Shown: positions 9,544-18,297, counted from the first letter of the stretch. The stretch: 24,000 bases of DNA from Candidatus Caldarchaeum sp. (GCA_038740895.1 JAVYLK010000020.1:2581-26580), one strand, 5' to 3'. The notes: a model not told the origin generated them from the letters alone. Numbers and translations are program-made.

Positions 9544-10453
9544 GTCTTACCCTCTCCTTGGATAGGGTTGCGCCGAGGCCTGTGGGAAGAACTATGATAG
9601 TCGCTACCAGGATTGCGAAGGCTATCAGGGATTTGTACTCGGTTGAGAGGCCCAGCTGGACTAGGGCCACGACTCCGAAGCTCTCTGCAACTCCTAAAAC
9701 GTAGGAGGCTGTGAAGGCCCCGCTCACGCTTCCGATGCCGCCTAGTATTGAGACAGCGAACATGGGGATGAGGACATCGGCCCCAAGCTCGGGTATCACC
9801 CTGGTGTCCGCAGCCCTCAAGGTCCCGCCTAGAGAGGCCAGCATGCCCGACAGCATCCAAACCAGCACAATCACCGTGCCCGACCTAATTCCCGACAGCC
9901 TCGCCAGCACAGGGTTGCTCGCAAGACCCCTCAACGCCTTACCCAGCTTAGTCAGTCTCAGGAACAAAATCAAGGCTGCAGCAGTTGCCGCTGCAGCAAG
10001 CATCATCGACAGCCATAGAGTTGTAAGCCGGACGGGGCCGACGTCGAAAGGGGTGAAGGATTGAGTAAAAAAGTATGATTTCCTACCGGATATCTCCCAC
10101 ATCAGATACCTGAGCATTATCCCCAGACCAGCAGAAGCTATTATCAAGTGTAGAATTGAGGCTCCTCTTCTGATGAGCATTCTGAAAACCGTTAGGTACA
10201 ATCCCGAAGCGATGCCGCCCGTAATCACCATGCTCAAGCCCAGCCCGGCCCAGAAACCCAGTCCCACAACATCTGCGAAAAAGTACGTGACGAAGGCGCC
10301 TATTGCGAAAAACTCGGCGTGAGAAAGGTTTGGAAACTTCATGAGCTGATACTGGAAAGTCAGACCAACGGCTGCGAGGAAATAAATGCTGCCGGTGACC
10401 ACCCCGTTGATGAACGTCTGTAGGAGCTGAGTCTCTAGAGCCAAGCCTAGCAC
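9536..10453 (-). CDS. livH: Branched-chain amino acid ABC transporter permease
   Basis: INGVVTGSIYFLAAVGLTFQYQLMKFPNLSHAEFFAIGAF; hydrophobic; overlaps livM by 8 nt. Confidence 0.92.
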   Translation of the reverse strand: MLGLALETQLLQTFINGVVTGSIYFLAAVGLTFQYQLMKFPNLSHAEFFAIGAFVTYFFADVVGLGFWAGLGLSMVITGGIASGLYLTVFRMLIRRGASILHLIIASAGLGIMLRYLMWEISGRKSYFFTQSFTPFDVGPVRLTTLWLSMMLAAAATAAALILFLRLTKLGKALRGLASNPVLARLSGIRSGTVIVLVWMLSGMLASLGGTLRAADTRVIPELGADVLIPMFAVSILGGIGSVSGAFTASYVLGVAESFGVVALVQLGLSTEYKSLIAFAILVATIIVLPTGLGATLSKERVRRD

Positions 10454-10496
10454 CGAGAGATCGGGGGATGATAAAAATATTTGATAGGAGTGTTGT

Positions 10497-11810
10497 CTAT
10501 CGGAGTTTTAGCCCCGCCACAGTGTCCCAGCTGCCTATGCTCTCAATCGTGTACTGTGCGGCTGGCTTGGCAACCCGCCATATGTCATAGTTTGCTAGTA
10601 CGGAGTCGCCGGACTGGTCCATCATCTTGTGGCCGCTGGGCCCTAGGTAGTGGTATGCAGCGGCCTTGACCTGGCTGGCTATCTTTGCGCCGTCGTAGGC
10701 TCCGGCCCTTGCAATCGCCTGCAACGCCACCATCGTGGCGTCGTATGTTGCGTCGCCGAAAAGCCCCGGATTCTCGTTGAACTCCCGCTTGTAGTCGTCG
10801 AGGAACTGTTTAGACGCCAGAGTCTCGGAAGGCGCGCTTGGGCTTGTGCCAGTCATCCTAGTCTGCAGGAGATACTCAGCGGCCTTGGCGTCGGCGAAGA
10901 ACGCCGTATCCCTCATAGCCTCCGAGCCAAAGCTCCGAATGTCGGTTAGACCAAGGTCTGAAGCCTGCTTCAAAGCCACTATCCCGCTCTCAACCCATGT
11001 AGCCCACAGAATAGCATCCACGTTGGCATTCTTTATCCTGCTCAGCTCCTCCCTGTAATCGCCCTTCTTGGGGTCGTATCTTATGCTGATGACCACGGAG
11101 TCGCCCAAGTTGGCTTTGATTCCCTCCTCGATACCGATGCCGTAGTCGTTGGAGACGACGAAAGTCGCCAGCCTCCTGACTCCCTGCGACCGTATGAGGT
11201 CGGCTAGTGCCTTGGTCTGGATTGCGTCGCTCGGAACAACTCTGAAGATGTACTGCCCTCCTACCTTCGAGATCGCGGCCGCTGTGGCCGACATGCTTAT
11301 CAACGGCACCTTCCTCTGGATAAGATAGTCTGCGATGGTCAAGACCTCGACGCTTGTGGCTGGGCCAACTATTACTTGAACGCCATTCACCTCAACCAGC
11401 TTCTTAACGGTCTCAAGAGCTTTATCGGGCAAGGCCAGACTGTCCTCAGCCATGATAGTTATTTTCGAGCCGGCAACGCCACCCCACTGGTTAACGAGTT
11501 TCTCAGCCAGCTTAGCGCCGTTAAGCATCTTTTGTCCTATCGGGCCCAGCTCGCCGCTCAAAGGCAGCATAACACCCACCTTAATCTCCTGAGGCAGCTG
11601 AGAAGTAGCCACTGTCCGCGTAACTGTCTGACCCCCAACGGTCACCGTTTCCCTCTGAATCACAGTCTGTGCTCCCGCTGCACCAGACCCAGCCAGATAC
11701 CCGCCCAAGCCAGCCACTACTCCGACTCCCACGACCGCTCCAGCTGCTGCCGCCGTGCTGATAGCTTTCCTCCGGCTGATCTTGGTTCTGGATGTTTCTT
11801 CTCTGGTCAT
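10497..11810 (-). CDS. ABC transporter substrate-binding protein, branched-chain amino acid/amide type, with twin-arginine-like signal
   Basis: IKVGVMLPLSGELGPIGQKMLNGAKLA, INGTEVQVIVGPATS-like VNGVQVIVGPATS, FVVSNDYGIGIEEG. Start at 11810 (MTREETSRTKISRRKAIST...) is supported by a minus-strand TATA-like box (CTTATATTTC) at 11831-11840; the ORF track starts at 11912. Confidence 0.88.
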   Translation of the reverse strand: MTREETSRTKISRRKAISTAAAAGAVVGVGVVAGLGGYLAGSGAAGAQTVIQRETVTVGGQTVTRTVATSQLPQEIKVGVMLPLSGELGPIGQKMLNGAKLAEKLVNQWGGVAGSKITIMAEDSLALPDKALETVKKLVEVNGVQVIVGPATSVEVLTIADYLIQRKVPLISMSATAAAISKVGGQYIFRVVPSDAIQTKALADLIRSQGVRRLATFVVSNDYGIGIEEGIKANLGDSVVISIRYDPKKGDYREELSRIKNANVDAILWATWVESGIVALKQASDLGLTDIRSFGSEAMRDTAFFADAKAAEYLLQTRMTGTSPSAPSETLASKQFLDDYKREFNENPGLFGDATYDATMVALQAIARAGAYDGAKIASQVKAAAYHYLGPSGHKMMDQSGDSVLANYDIWRVAKPAAQYTIESIGSWDTVAGLKLR

Positions 11811-12026
11811 GCTGGTCTTAGCTTTTTTAGGAAATATAAGGCTTATGCTTGGTCGACAAAATTCAGCAGGCCACTGTCGGATAACCTGGTTTGGCGCACG
11901 CGCCGAGAGCACCAGGAGCTAGATCCTTAATGCCCCCGCATCGGCTCATACACAACCGGTAGACAGCGTTGCTTGTTATTCCACTAGCTCCCTGCAGCAA
12001 GCACGCCACCCATTTGTGAAAACATA

Positions 12027-12032
12027 TTTATA
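12027..12032 (+). promoter_or_regulatory. TATA-like box for the second substrate-binding protein gene
   Basis: ATATTTATAC about 24-30 nt upstream of ATG 12056. Confidence 0.45.
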
Positions 12033-12055
12033 CCTGCACGCAAAATTAGTCGAAC

Positions 12056-13384
12056 ATGGTCAGGCAGGCGGCTGTTTCAAACACTGTCGCCGCAGTTTTG
12101 ATGGTAGTTCTACTCGCTGCAGGGTTTGCTGGCGGATACTTTACCGCTGCGTTTACGGGGACGGGCCAGACGGAAATAGCGACAAAAACGGAATACGTGA
12201 CCGTTGGAGGAACAGTGACCCAGAGAATAACGATAACAGCCACAACGACTGTTGGACAAACTTCAGGCCCACCTCTAAAGATCGGTATGACAATCTCCAA
12301 GGACGGGTTGTTCGCGCCTCTGACGAGCGGGTATGAGAGCTTCAACAGGGAGTGGCTCAACTGGGTCAACAACGTGAGGAAAGGCGTCTATGTCAGAGAT
12401 CTTGGTGTGAGGGTTCCGGTTGAAATCATCATGTACGATGACAGGAGCCAGCCAGACCTAGCTATCCAACTCTACACAAAGCTCGCCACAGAGGACAATG
12501 TGCACATACTGGTGAGTCCCTACAGCGCCGACATAGGGATACAGCTAATCCCAACCGTCGCTGAGAAATACCGAGTGCCGATGATAATGGCGGAAGCAAG
12601 CACCAAGGACATGTGGAACAAGGGCTACAAGTACGTCGTCACCTCGATGGTTCCGTACTGGGAGGACAACCAGAACGGATGGTCAGCATCATACTTCGAC
12701 CTGCAGGCAAATACAAAATGGGCTAAAACAATAGCGTTCGTCGGCTGGGACATAACATGGGCAATCGACACCTACAACAGCGGAAAATCCCTCGCGAGGA
12801 AAGCCGGTCTCGAAATAGTTTACGACCAGCTGCTCACCCCCGGGACCACAGACTTCTCGGGAGTCATACGTGAGCTGAGGAGGATAAACCCCGACATCGT
12901 GTACCTTGCGATGTTCGGGCCGGTCAACGCTCTGTTCATAAGGCAGGCTGCGGAGGCAGGCTATTCGCCGAAAGAATACCACGTCATCGAATACGGCGCC
13001 GGGTTCGTCAAAAGCCTCGGACAGCTGTCCGAAAGAGTAACTAGCGAGATCTTTTGGACCCCGTCGTTCAAGTACTATCAGTCAGACCTCCTCGTAGACC
13101 TTATGAACAAAGCTGGACTCAGCTGGGTTGACTGGCAGTGGACGGAGCTGAGGATGATCATATTCCAGATGATTATCTCAGCTGTTGAGGAGGCTGGAAA
13201 GCTGGACCGGGAGGCGATAAACACCGCTCTACACAACCTGCAAATAATGACGGTTAGCGGCCCGCTGATAATAGGTCCTCAAGGCTACGGCAACATCGGA
13301 CTGGTCGCCATCCAGATACAGAACGGCAGGATACAGACAGTGTGGCCGAGAGACCTAGCGAACGCCACCTACCTCCACCCCTAA
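12056..13384 (+). CDS. ABC transporter substrate-binding protein, branched-chain amino acid/amide type, Sec-like signal/anchor
   Basis: N-terminal hydrophobic segment AAVLMVVLLAAGFAGGYFTAAF, Thr-rich linker, LKIGMTISKDGLFAPLTSGYE, and IVYLAMFGPVNALFIRQA. TATA-like box 12027-12032. Confidence 0.88.
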   Translation: MVRQAAVSNTVAAVLMVVLLAAGFAGGYFTAAFTGTGQTEIATKTEYVTVGGTVTQRITITATTTVGQTSGPPLKIGMTISKDGLFAPLTSGYESFNREWLNWVNNVRKGVYVRDLGVRVPVEIIMYDDRSQPDLAIQLYTKLATEDNVHILVSPYSADIGIQLIPTVAEKYRVPMIMAEASTKDMWNKGYKYVVTSMVPYWEDNQNGWSASYFDLQANTKWAKTIAFVGWDITWAIDTYNSGKSLARKAGLEIVYDQLLTPGTTDFSGVIRELRRINPDIVYLAMFGPVNALFIRQAAEAGYSPKEYHVIEYGAGFVKSLGQLSERVTSEIFWTPSFKYYQSDLLVDLMNKAGLSWVDWQWTELRMIIFQMIISAVEEAGKLDREAINTALHNLQIMTVSGPLIIGPQGYGNIGLVAIQIQNGRIQTVWPRDLANATYLHP

Positions 13385-13389
13385 ATCTC

Positions 13390-14274
13390 ATGTTTTCCCT
13401 CCTTCTTTTTCTAGAATCGTTAATAGACGGTCTAGTCCTCGGCGGTATTTACGCTGTAATAGCTTTAGGACTGTCCCTAATCTACAGCGTTGCAGGCGTG
13501 CTCAACATATCGCACGGAGACTGGGTAATGCTAAGCGGGATGACGGCGTTCGTGCTGTTTTCATCGCTAGGCTCACAGCCCCTAGGATACCTCCAGTCAT
13601 ACTTGGCTGTTGTCCCCCTGTTCTTCGCCACGGGCCTGCTTTTTTACCTCGGCCTGATAAAGCCTGTCTCAAAAAGGCCCAAGCAGGAACTGCTGATAAG
13701 CTGCATCCTCATCACCTTAGGAGTATCATTCATCTTACAGGACGTAGCAGCCACCTCATTCGGCACCTTGCCTAAGAGCATCTATCTCGGCCTCAACCCC
13801 ATCACCTTCATCGGCATATCAATACCGTTCTTTAGGTTCGCAACCTTCATCCTCGTGGTCGCAGCAACGTTATCAATATGGCTTTTCCTGCGGAGAACGA
13901 TGACCGGCCGAGCCATGCGCGCCATCACGTACAACGTCGAAGTCGCGTCGTTCCTCGGAATACCCATCACCAGAGTTGCTGCCATAACCTTTGGGCTGGG
14001 AACCATGTTGGCCGCAGTGGGCGGGCTGATTTATCTCGGTAACGGTTTCCCGATAACTCCCTTCATAGGTATCTCCATCACAGTCAAGGCTCTGACCGTC
14101 CTCGTTGTGGGTGGGGCGGGGAAGCTGATCGGCTCCCTCGTCGGAGGCTTGGTACTCGGATTATCCGAAACACTCACAGGCGTGTTCATCTCATACTACT
14201 GGTCCCCAGCCATAGCAATCGTTCTCCTGCTAGTGGTTCTGATGGTGAGGCCGACCGGCCTCGTGAGTGAGTAG
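13390..14274 (+). CDS. livH: Branched-chain amino acid ABC transporter permease
   Basis: LIDGLVLGGIYAVIALGLSLIYSVAGVLNISHGDWVMLSG. ORF track 13342..14274; the ATG at 13390 (MFSLLLFLESLIDG) gives a normal LivH N-terminus. Confidence 0.92.
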   Translation: MFSLLLFLESLIDGLVLGGIYAVIALGLSLIYSVAGVLNISHGDWVMLSGMTAFVLFSSLGSQPLGYLQSYLAVVPLFFATGLLFYLGLIKPVSKRPKQELLISCILITLGVSFILQDVAATSFGTLPKSIYLGLNPITFIGISIPFFRFATFILVVAATLSIWLFLRRTMTGRAMRAITYNVEVASFLGIPITRVAAITFGLGTMLAAVGGLIYLGNGFPITPFIGISITVKALTVLVVGGAGKLIGSLVGGLVLGLSETLTGVFISYYWSPAIAIVLLLVVLMVRPTGLVSE

Positions 14275-15238
14275 AGTGGATAAACGTCTAGCCTTTCTCT
14301 GGGGAATAGTGTTATGGTCAGCGGTCCTACTGGGATTTTTTTCTCCACCCTACTATCAGAGCTTGTTGATTTTTCTGTTCATCTACGGAACACTTGCACT
14401 CAGTTACGACATAATGGGCGGACTTCTAGGATACATGAACCTAGGCATCATAATATTCTACGGAGTCGGGGCCTACGTTTTCGCTCTAACCATAAACTAC
14501 CTCCACAGCTTTCTCAGCGAGCTAGCCGTACTTTTTATCGCAGCAGCCTCATCTTCGGTAGCAGTGTGTGCACTGGTCTCGTTAACGTTGAGCTATCCTC
14601 TGTTCAGAGTGAAGGGGTTTTATTTTGCAGTCATAACTTTAGGGCTGATTGGGTTTGTCAACCTACTGGTAAGTTCCCCAGAGCTATCGCCGCTGACAGG
14701 TGGGTTTTCCGGAATTTCAATCAAGAGTCAAGTCACTCAGTATGGCAGCCAATTGGTCTCATACTTCCTAGCCCTCGCCGTCATCACCATCGGGGCAGTC
14801 GTATACGTCTTGGTGAAAAACAGCTCCTTGGGGCTTTTCTTCAGCTGTATCAAAGAAGACGAGGAGGCTTCTGAATGTACTGGAATAAACCTCTTCCGCG
14901 TCAAGCAGACTGCGTTTATCATCAGCAGTGTTTTAGCGGGATTGGCTGGAGTTGTGTACATGTGGTCTCAAACCTACACAAACCCCCGCTTCGTGTTCTC
15001 GATTGACTTCGCCTTTTTACCCATAACGATGGCTTTGTTAGGCGGGTCGGGGACTTTGGTCGGCTCATTCATAGGCGCGGCAATATTCACCGTCGTGTAT
15101 CAGCTCTTGATCATTAACATGCCCTCGCTCACCAAGTCGGTGATAGGCCTTGTTTTGATAGGGGTTGGGCTGGGGGCTTCGCATGGCTTAATCGGTTTAA
15201 GCAGGAAGGTCTTTAGCCGCCTACAAAATATTTCTTGA
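14267..15238 (+). CDS. livM: Branched-chain amino acid ABC transporter permease
   Basis: YGTLALSYDIMGGLLGYMNLGIIIFYGVGAYVFA and MALLGGSGTLVGSFIGAAIFT; GTG start; 8-nt overlap with livH. Confidence 0.91.
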   Translation: MSRVDKRLAFLWGIVLWSAVLLGFFSPPYYQSLLIFLFIYGTLALSYDIMGGLLGYMNLGIIIFYGVGAYVFALTINYLHSFLSELAVLFIAAASSSVAVCALVSLTLSYPLFRVKGFYFAVITLGLIGFVNLLVSSPELSPLTGGFSGISIKSQVTQYGSQLVSYFLALAVITIGAVVYVLVKNSSLGLFFSCIKEDEEASECTGINLFRVKQTAFIISSVLAGLAGVVYMWSQTYTNPRFVFSIDFAFLPITMALLGGSGTLVGSFIGAAIFTVVYQLLIINMPSLTKSVIGLVLIGVGLGASHGLIGLSRKVFSRLQNIS

Positions 15239-15929
15239 CTACCTCACTCATCCGCAACTCGTTGACAGGCCCCTCCATCCTGACTTTTCCAGCCTCCAGA
15301 AGATAAGCTCTGCTCGCCAGCCGGAACGCCCTGCTGACATCCTGCTCAACCAACACAACGCTCAGATTAGTTGAGCTAACTAGTTTCTCCAACATAGCGT
15401 AGAGGTTTTGGACAGCTATGGGCGACAGTCCAGTGGAGGGCTCGTCGAGCAGAATGACCTTCGGCTCAGCCATCAGAGCTCTACCCAAAACAAGCATCTG
15501 TTTCTCGCCGCCGCTCAAAGTAGCTGCCGGCTGCCGGCTTTTCTCTCCGAGGACTGGGAAAAAATCGTAAACTCTCTCAAGACGCTTCCTAAGATCCGAC
15601 CGATGCCAGTATGCTCCGACTGAAAGATTCTCGAGAACTGTCAAGTTCCCGAAAACCCCGCTTCCGTCGGGCACGTACACTAATCCCTTTCGCACGAGTT
15701 TGTGTGGCGCTATGCCGTTTATGACCTGGTTTTGGTATATCACGTGTCCGGCGAACGGTTTTATGATTCCGGCGATTGTTTTGAGCAAAGTGGTTTTGCC
15801 GGCGCCGTTTGGTCCTATCACCGCCACAATCTCGTTGGCCTCTAGCCTCATGCTTATGTTCCAAAGAACCTGAAGCTTTCCGTATCCCGAGTTAAGACCA
15901 GAGACTTCAAGCAGAGCCAAACTGGCCAC
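15213..15929 (-). CDS. livF: Branched-chain amino acid ABC transporter ATP-binding protein
   Basis: IGPNGAGKTTLLKTIAG, LSGGEKQMLVLGRALM, KVILLDEPSTGLSP. Confidence 0.92.
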   Translation of the reverse strand: MASLALLEVSGLNSGYGKLQVLWNISMRLEANEIVAVIGPNGAGKTTLLKTIAGIIKPFAGHVIYQNQVINGIAPHKLVRKGLVYVPDGSGVFGNLTVLENLSVGAYWHRSDLRKRLERVYDFFPVLGEKSRQPAATLSGGEKQMLVLGRALMAEPKVILLDEPSTGLSPIAVQNLYAMLEKLVSSTNLSVVLVEQDVSRAFRLASRAYLLEAGKVRMEGPVNELRMSEVVKKYFVGG

Positions 15930-16638
15930 CTAGGTAGACCTGCAGAACATCGGTATTCTTCACTATTTCATGAGGCGTCCCCTCAGCCAGTTTAGTGCCT
16001 AGATGCAGGACGAAGACCCTGTTGGCGAGCTTCATCAAAGCTGAAACGACGTGCTCGACGATCACAAACGCGACACCCTCCTCTCTCAGAAGTTTTATGT
16101 CTTCGGCAAGATCGTTAATCTCTTCTTCAACGAGGCCTGCGAAGGGTTCGTCCAGTAAAACAAGTTTAGCGCCCCCGACGACGGCCTTACCAAGCTCCGT
16201 TTTCTTCCGTACGATGAGGCTGCATTCTGAAACTGCCTCGTCGGCGTATGGCTTCAGCCCAAGTAATTCGATGATTCGCATCACCTCTGCCGATACTTTT
16301 CTGCTTTCGACTCTAAGGCGGGCAGCGACCCTGATGTTTTTCTCCACAGTCAGGCTGTGGAAAGGCCTGACGTTTTGAAAGGTTCTACCCACGCCCATCC
16401 TGAAGCGTGCGTGGGGCTTTGTGCGTGATATATCCAGCCCCCCTAGATAAATCTGACCCCGGTCCTGAGCTAGGTTCCCTGTCAAAATGTTCAACAGAGT
16501 TGTCTTCCCAGCTCCGTTGGGGCCTATCATCCCCAGTATATCATTCCTAAAAACCTCCATGTCTACGTCTCGCAGCACAACTTTCTTGCCAAAGCTTTTC
16601 TGAATGTTCTTGGCGACCAGCAGCTTCAAGTTGTTCAT
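15907..16638 (-). CDS. livG: Branched-chain amino acid ABC transporter ATP-binding protein
   Basis: IGPNGAGKTTLLNILTG, GVGRTFQNVRPFHSLTVEKNI, KLVLLDEPFAGL, FVIVEHVVSALMKLANRVFVL. The signature motif is atypical (VRKKTELGKAVVGGAKLVLLDEP). Confidence 0.9.
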   Translation of the reverse strand: MNNLKLLVAKNIQKSFGKKVVLRDVDMEVFRNDILGMIGPNGAGKTTLLNILTGNLAQDRGQIYLGGLDISRTKPHARFRMGVGRTFQNVRPFHSLTVEKNIRVAARLRVESRKVSAEVMRIIELLGLKPYADEAVSECSLIVRKKTELGKAVVGGAKLVLLDEPFAGLVEEEINDLAEDIKLLREEGVAFVIVEHVVSALMKLANRVFVLHLGTKLAEGTPHEIVKNTDVLQVYLGGQFGSA

Positions 16639-16832
16639 GTGTTGCTATGCTGATTATTTAAACGCTTTTTGGAAAACATTAGGACAGTAGTCTCCGATAA
16701 CCTCATGACGGATTAAACACGCTCCTACAACCCCAGACCAAGCTGCTCCACCTGTAGGAAACAACTGGGTCTCTGGGCCTTTCAATTACGTCCTTCATCC
16801 AACAGTGTTCAGAATAAGCAGCTCCGCGAGTG

Positions 16833-16947
16833 TGCGGGGGGTGGGATTTGAACCCACGAACCCCTACGGGACAGGGGCCTGAACCCTGCGCCGCAAGCCT
16901 CGCCCAGCTTAAGCCGAGCCTATTTGACCAGGCTTGGCGACCCCCGC
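16833..16947 (-). tRNA. tRNA-Leu(CAG), 115 nt primary gene with ~30-nt insertion at 16893-16922
   Basis: Acceptor GCGGGGG (16947-16941) pairs with CCCCCGC (16840-16834), discriminator A 16833. Anticodon stem CAGGG/CCCTG with 7-nt loop TTCAGGC (anticodon CAG, 16881-16879). Variable arm CCCGTAGGG. T-arm GTGGG-TTCAAAT-CCCAC. Removing 30 nt gives a typical ~85-nt archaeal tRNA-Leu. Confidence 0.88.
16893..16922 (-). other. Candidate noncanonical tRNA intron (D-arm region) of tRNA-Leu(CAG)
   Basis: Insert TAGGCTCGGCTTAAGCTGGGCGAGGCTTGC interrupts ...GGTCAAA / GGCGCAGGG.... It contains a hairpin GCTCGGC-TTAA-GCTGGGC (7 bp with G-U pairs). The exact boundary is ambiguous by a few nt because GGC occurs on both sides. 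Confidence 0.6.
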
Positions 16948-17073
16948 CTCCACCCGTCAACCCCACGGTTGAAATTAATAGTTTTTCCAGCCCAGCCCAC
17001 GCATAAGCTTTTTACCGGCAAGACCCAGACAACAACAGGGCCGGTAGATCAGCCTGGAAGATCGTCCGCCTAA

Positions 17074-17347
17074 TCATAATATTAGATGGTTGGTTTGTAT
17101 CTCTTTCTTCTTGGTTTTTCCCTAATATTCTGTTGCAGTTAGGGCAATTATCCCTGTTTTTAAATGTTTGACAGCATTTACTTCAATACCATTCCCCCCA
17201 TGATAGTTCGGCTGACTGCCTGAAGGAACAAACGGAGGCTCCCCATGCTCTTCATAGCTGAAACATGGTGTTCCGTCCTCAACCCAATAGGGATATTCTA
17301 ACCTCTCTCCCGTCTTTAGCCTCTAAATAAAACAGCGGTTTATACAT
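17074..17347 (-). pseudogene. Frameshifted small coding remnant with a CPNC motif
   Basis: Minus-strand frame 17322..17074 reads (RLKTG)ERLEYPYWVEDGTPCFSYEEHGEPPFVPSGSQPNYHGGNGIEVNAVKHLKNRDNCPNCNRILGKTKKKEIQTNHLIL*. The upstream frame from ATG 17347 reads MYKPLFYLEAKDG and joins it if one base is removed from the GGG near 17310. This is a manual reading, not in the supplied ORF track. Confidence 0.4.
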
Positions 17348-17439
17348 GTTTGGTATTCTAAACCTCCATCCCGCCGTCACGTCATACCTTCCCCCTAAAC
17401 CTCTCTCCCCTAACAACATAGTCTCCTTTATCGGGTATG

Positions 17440-18207
17440 TTTAAAGACTGCTGGCAAGGCTTACGGAGATGTGGTTGAAACCCCAGTGGTCTAGGACTGT
17501 TATGCTGAAGGTTCTGAGCTCCCCTGACCATGACGTAGTCTAGGTTTGTGAAGAGGGTTAGAGGCCCTATCCTGCCTCCGTCATCGCCTTTGAAGACTGC
17601 TTTTATTCTAAGCTCGGCCTTAAGCCTTACGACCGGAGAGTCTTGAGGAGGTTTGATTGTTAGGTTGAAGTATGTGTCGAGGAGCTTGGGTAGAATCTCC
17701 TCTATCAGATGTCCAAAAACCTACAGGCCTGTCATATCCTGAAACCATAAGCTCTATGCTTGTTATGTTGAACACTCCTGGCTCGAAGTTCTTCAGCCTC
17801 ACCAATCCCCATCCAGCTCCGCCGGCATGTATGACTCCCTGCCAGCTGAGCAGGTCTGAAACAACCCTCCAAAACCCTCCCGTCTCCCTGAACAGGCATG
17901 TCGTGAAGACCTCTCCTATCGCGAACCTTCTCTCACCTTGGGTAAACCTGTAGCCGCCGGCGGTAATGTAGTAGGTGTAGAACCATGCGTAGCCCTGCAT
18001 CTCGGCGTAGCCTGTGGTGTTTGTGACGGAGGAGACCCTGTGGCCGGGGTTGTCAAGATTGACTGAGGCTCCGGCTATAGGCTGCTGGCTGGAGCAGTCA
18101 ACAACCCTGACGTAGAATTTGCCGAAAGGCGTTCCAGAAGGAGGAGGCTCAAGCCCGTAAACCGCAGGCAGAAAAAGCAGTATGATTAGAAACAGCCAGC
18201 ACCTCAT
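17440..18207 (-). pseudogene. Secreted protein with signal peptide and carboxypeptidase-regulatory/Cna-B-like domain, interrupted by two apparent frameshifts (3' boundary approximate)
   Basis: ORF 17620..18207: MRCWLFLIILLFLPAVYG signal; FYVRVVDCSSQQPIAGASVNLDNPGHRVSSVTNTTGYAEMQGY. Its last ~28 aa are out of register. The neighbouring frame continues GHLIEEILPKLLDTYFNLTIKPPQDSPVVRLKAELRIKAVFKGDDGGRIGPLTLFTNLDYVMVR, and a third frame continues ELRTFSITVLDHWGFNHISV. Confidence 0.6.
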
Positions 18208-18297
18208 CGAAGCTGTCGTTCTGGAAAGACGGTTATAAGCGGATAGCCGTCAAACAACTGTTAAGAGCCAAAGACAGTTACGCTTTTATCCAATAGG

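Noticed and set aside
11376-11930. 184-aa plus-strand ORF opposite the first substrate-binding protein
   Set aside because: Antisense to the N-terminal half of a convincing SBP and across its promoter; no domain signal.
12016-12336. 106-aa plus-strand ORF MKTYLYLHAKLVEHGQAGG...
   Set aside because: Out-of-frame overlap with the second SBP; starts upstream of the TATA-like box that drives the real gene.
16703-16966. 87-aa minus-strand ORF MGLTGGGGGRQAWSN...
   Set aside because: It overlaps the whole tRNA-Leu gene; its translated tail is just the tRNA sequence (SSGVRGFKSHPP-type). Spurious.
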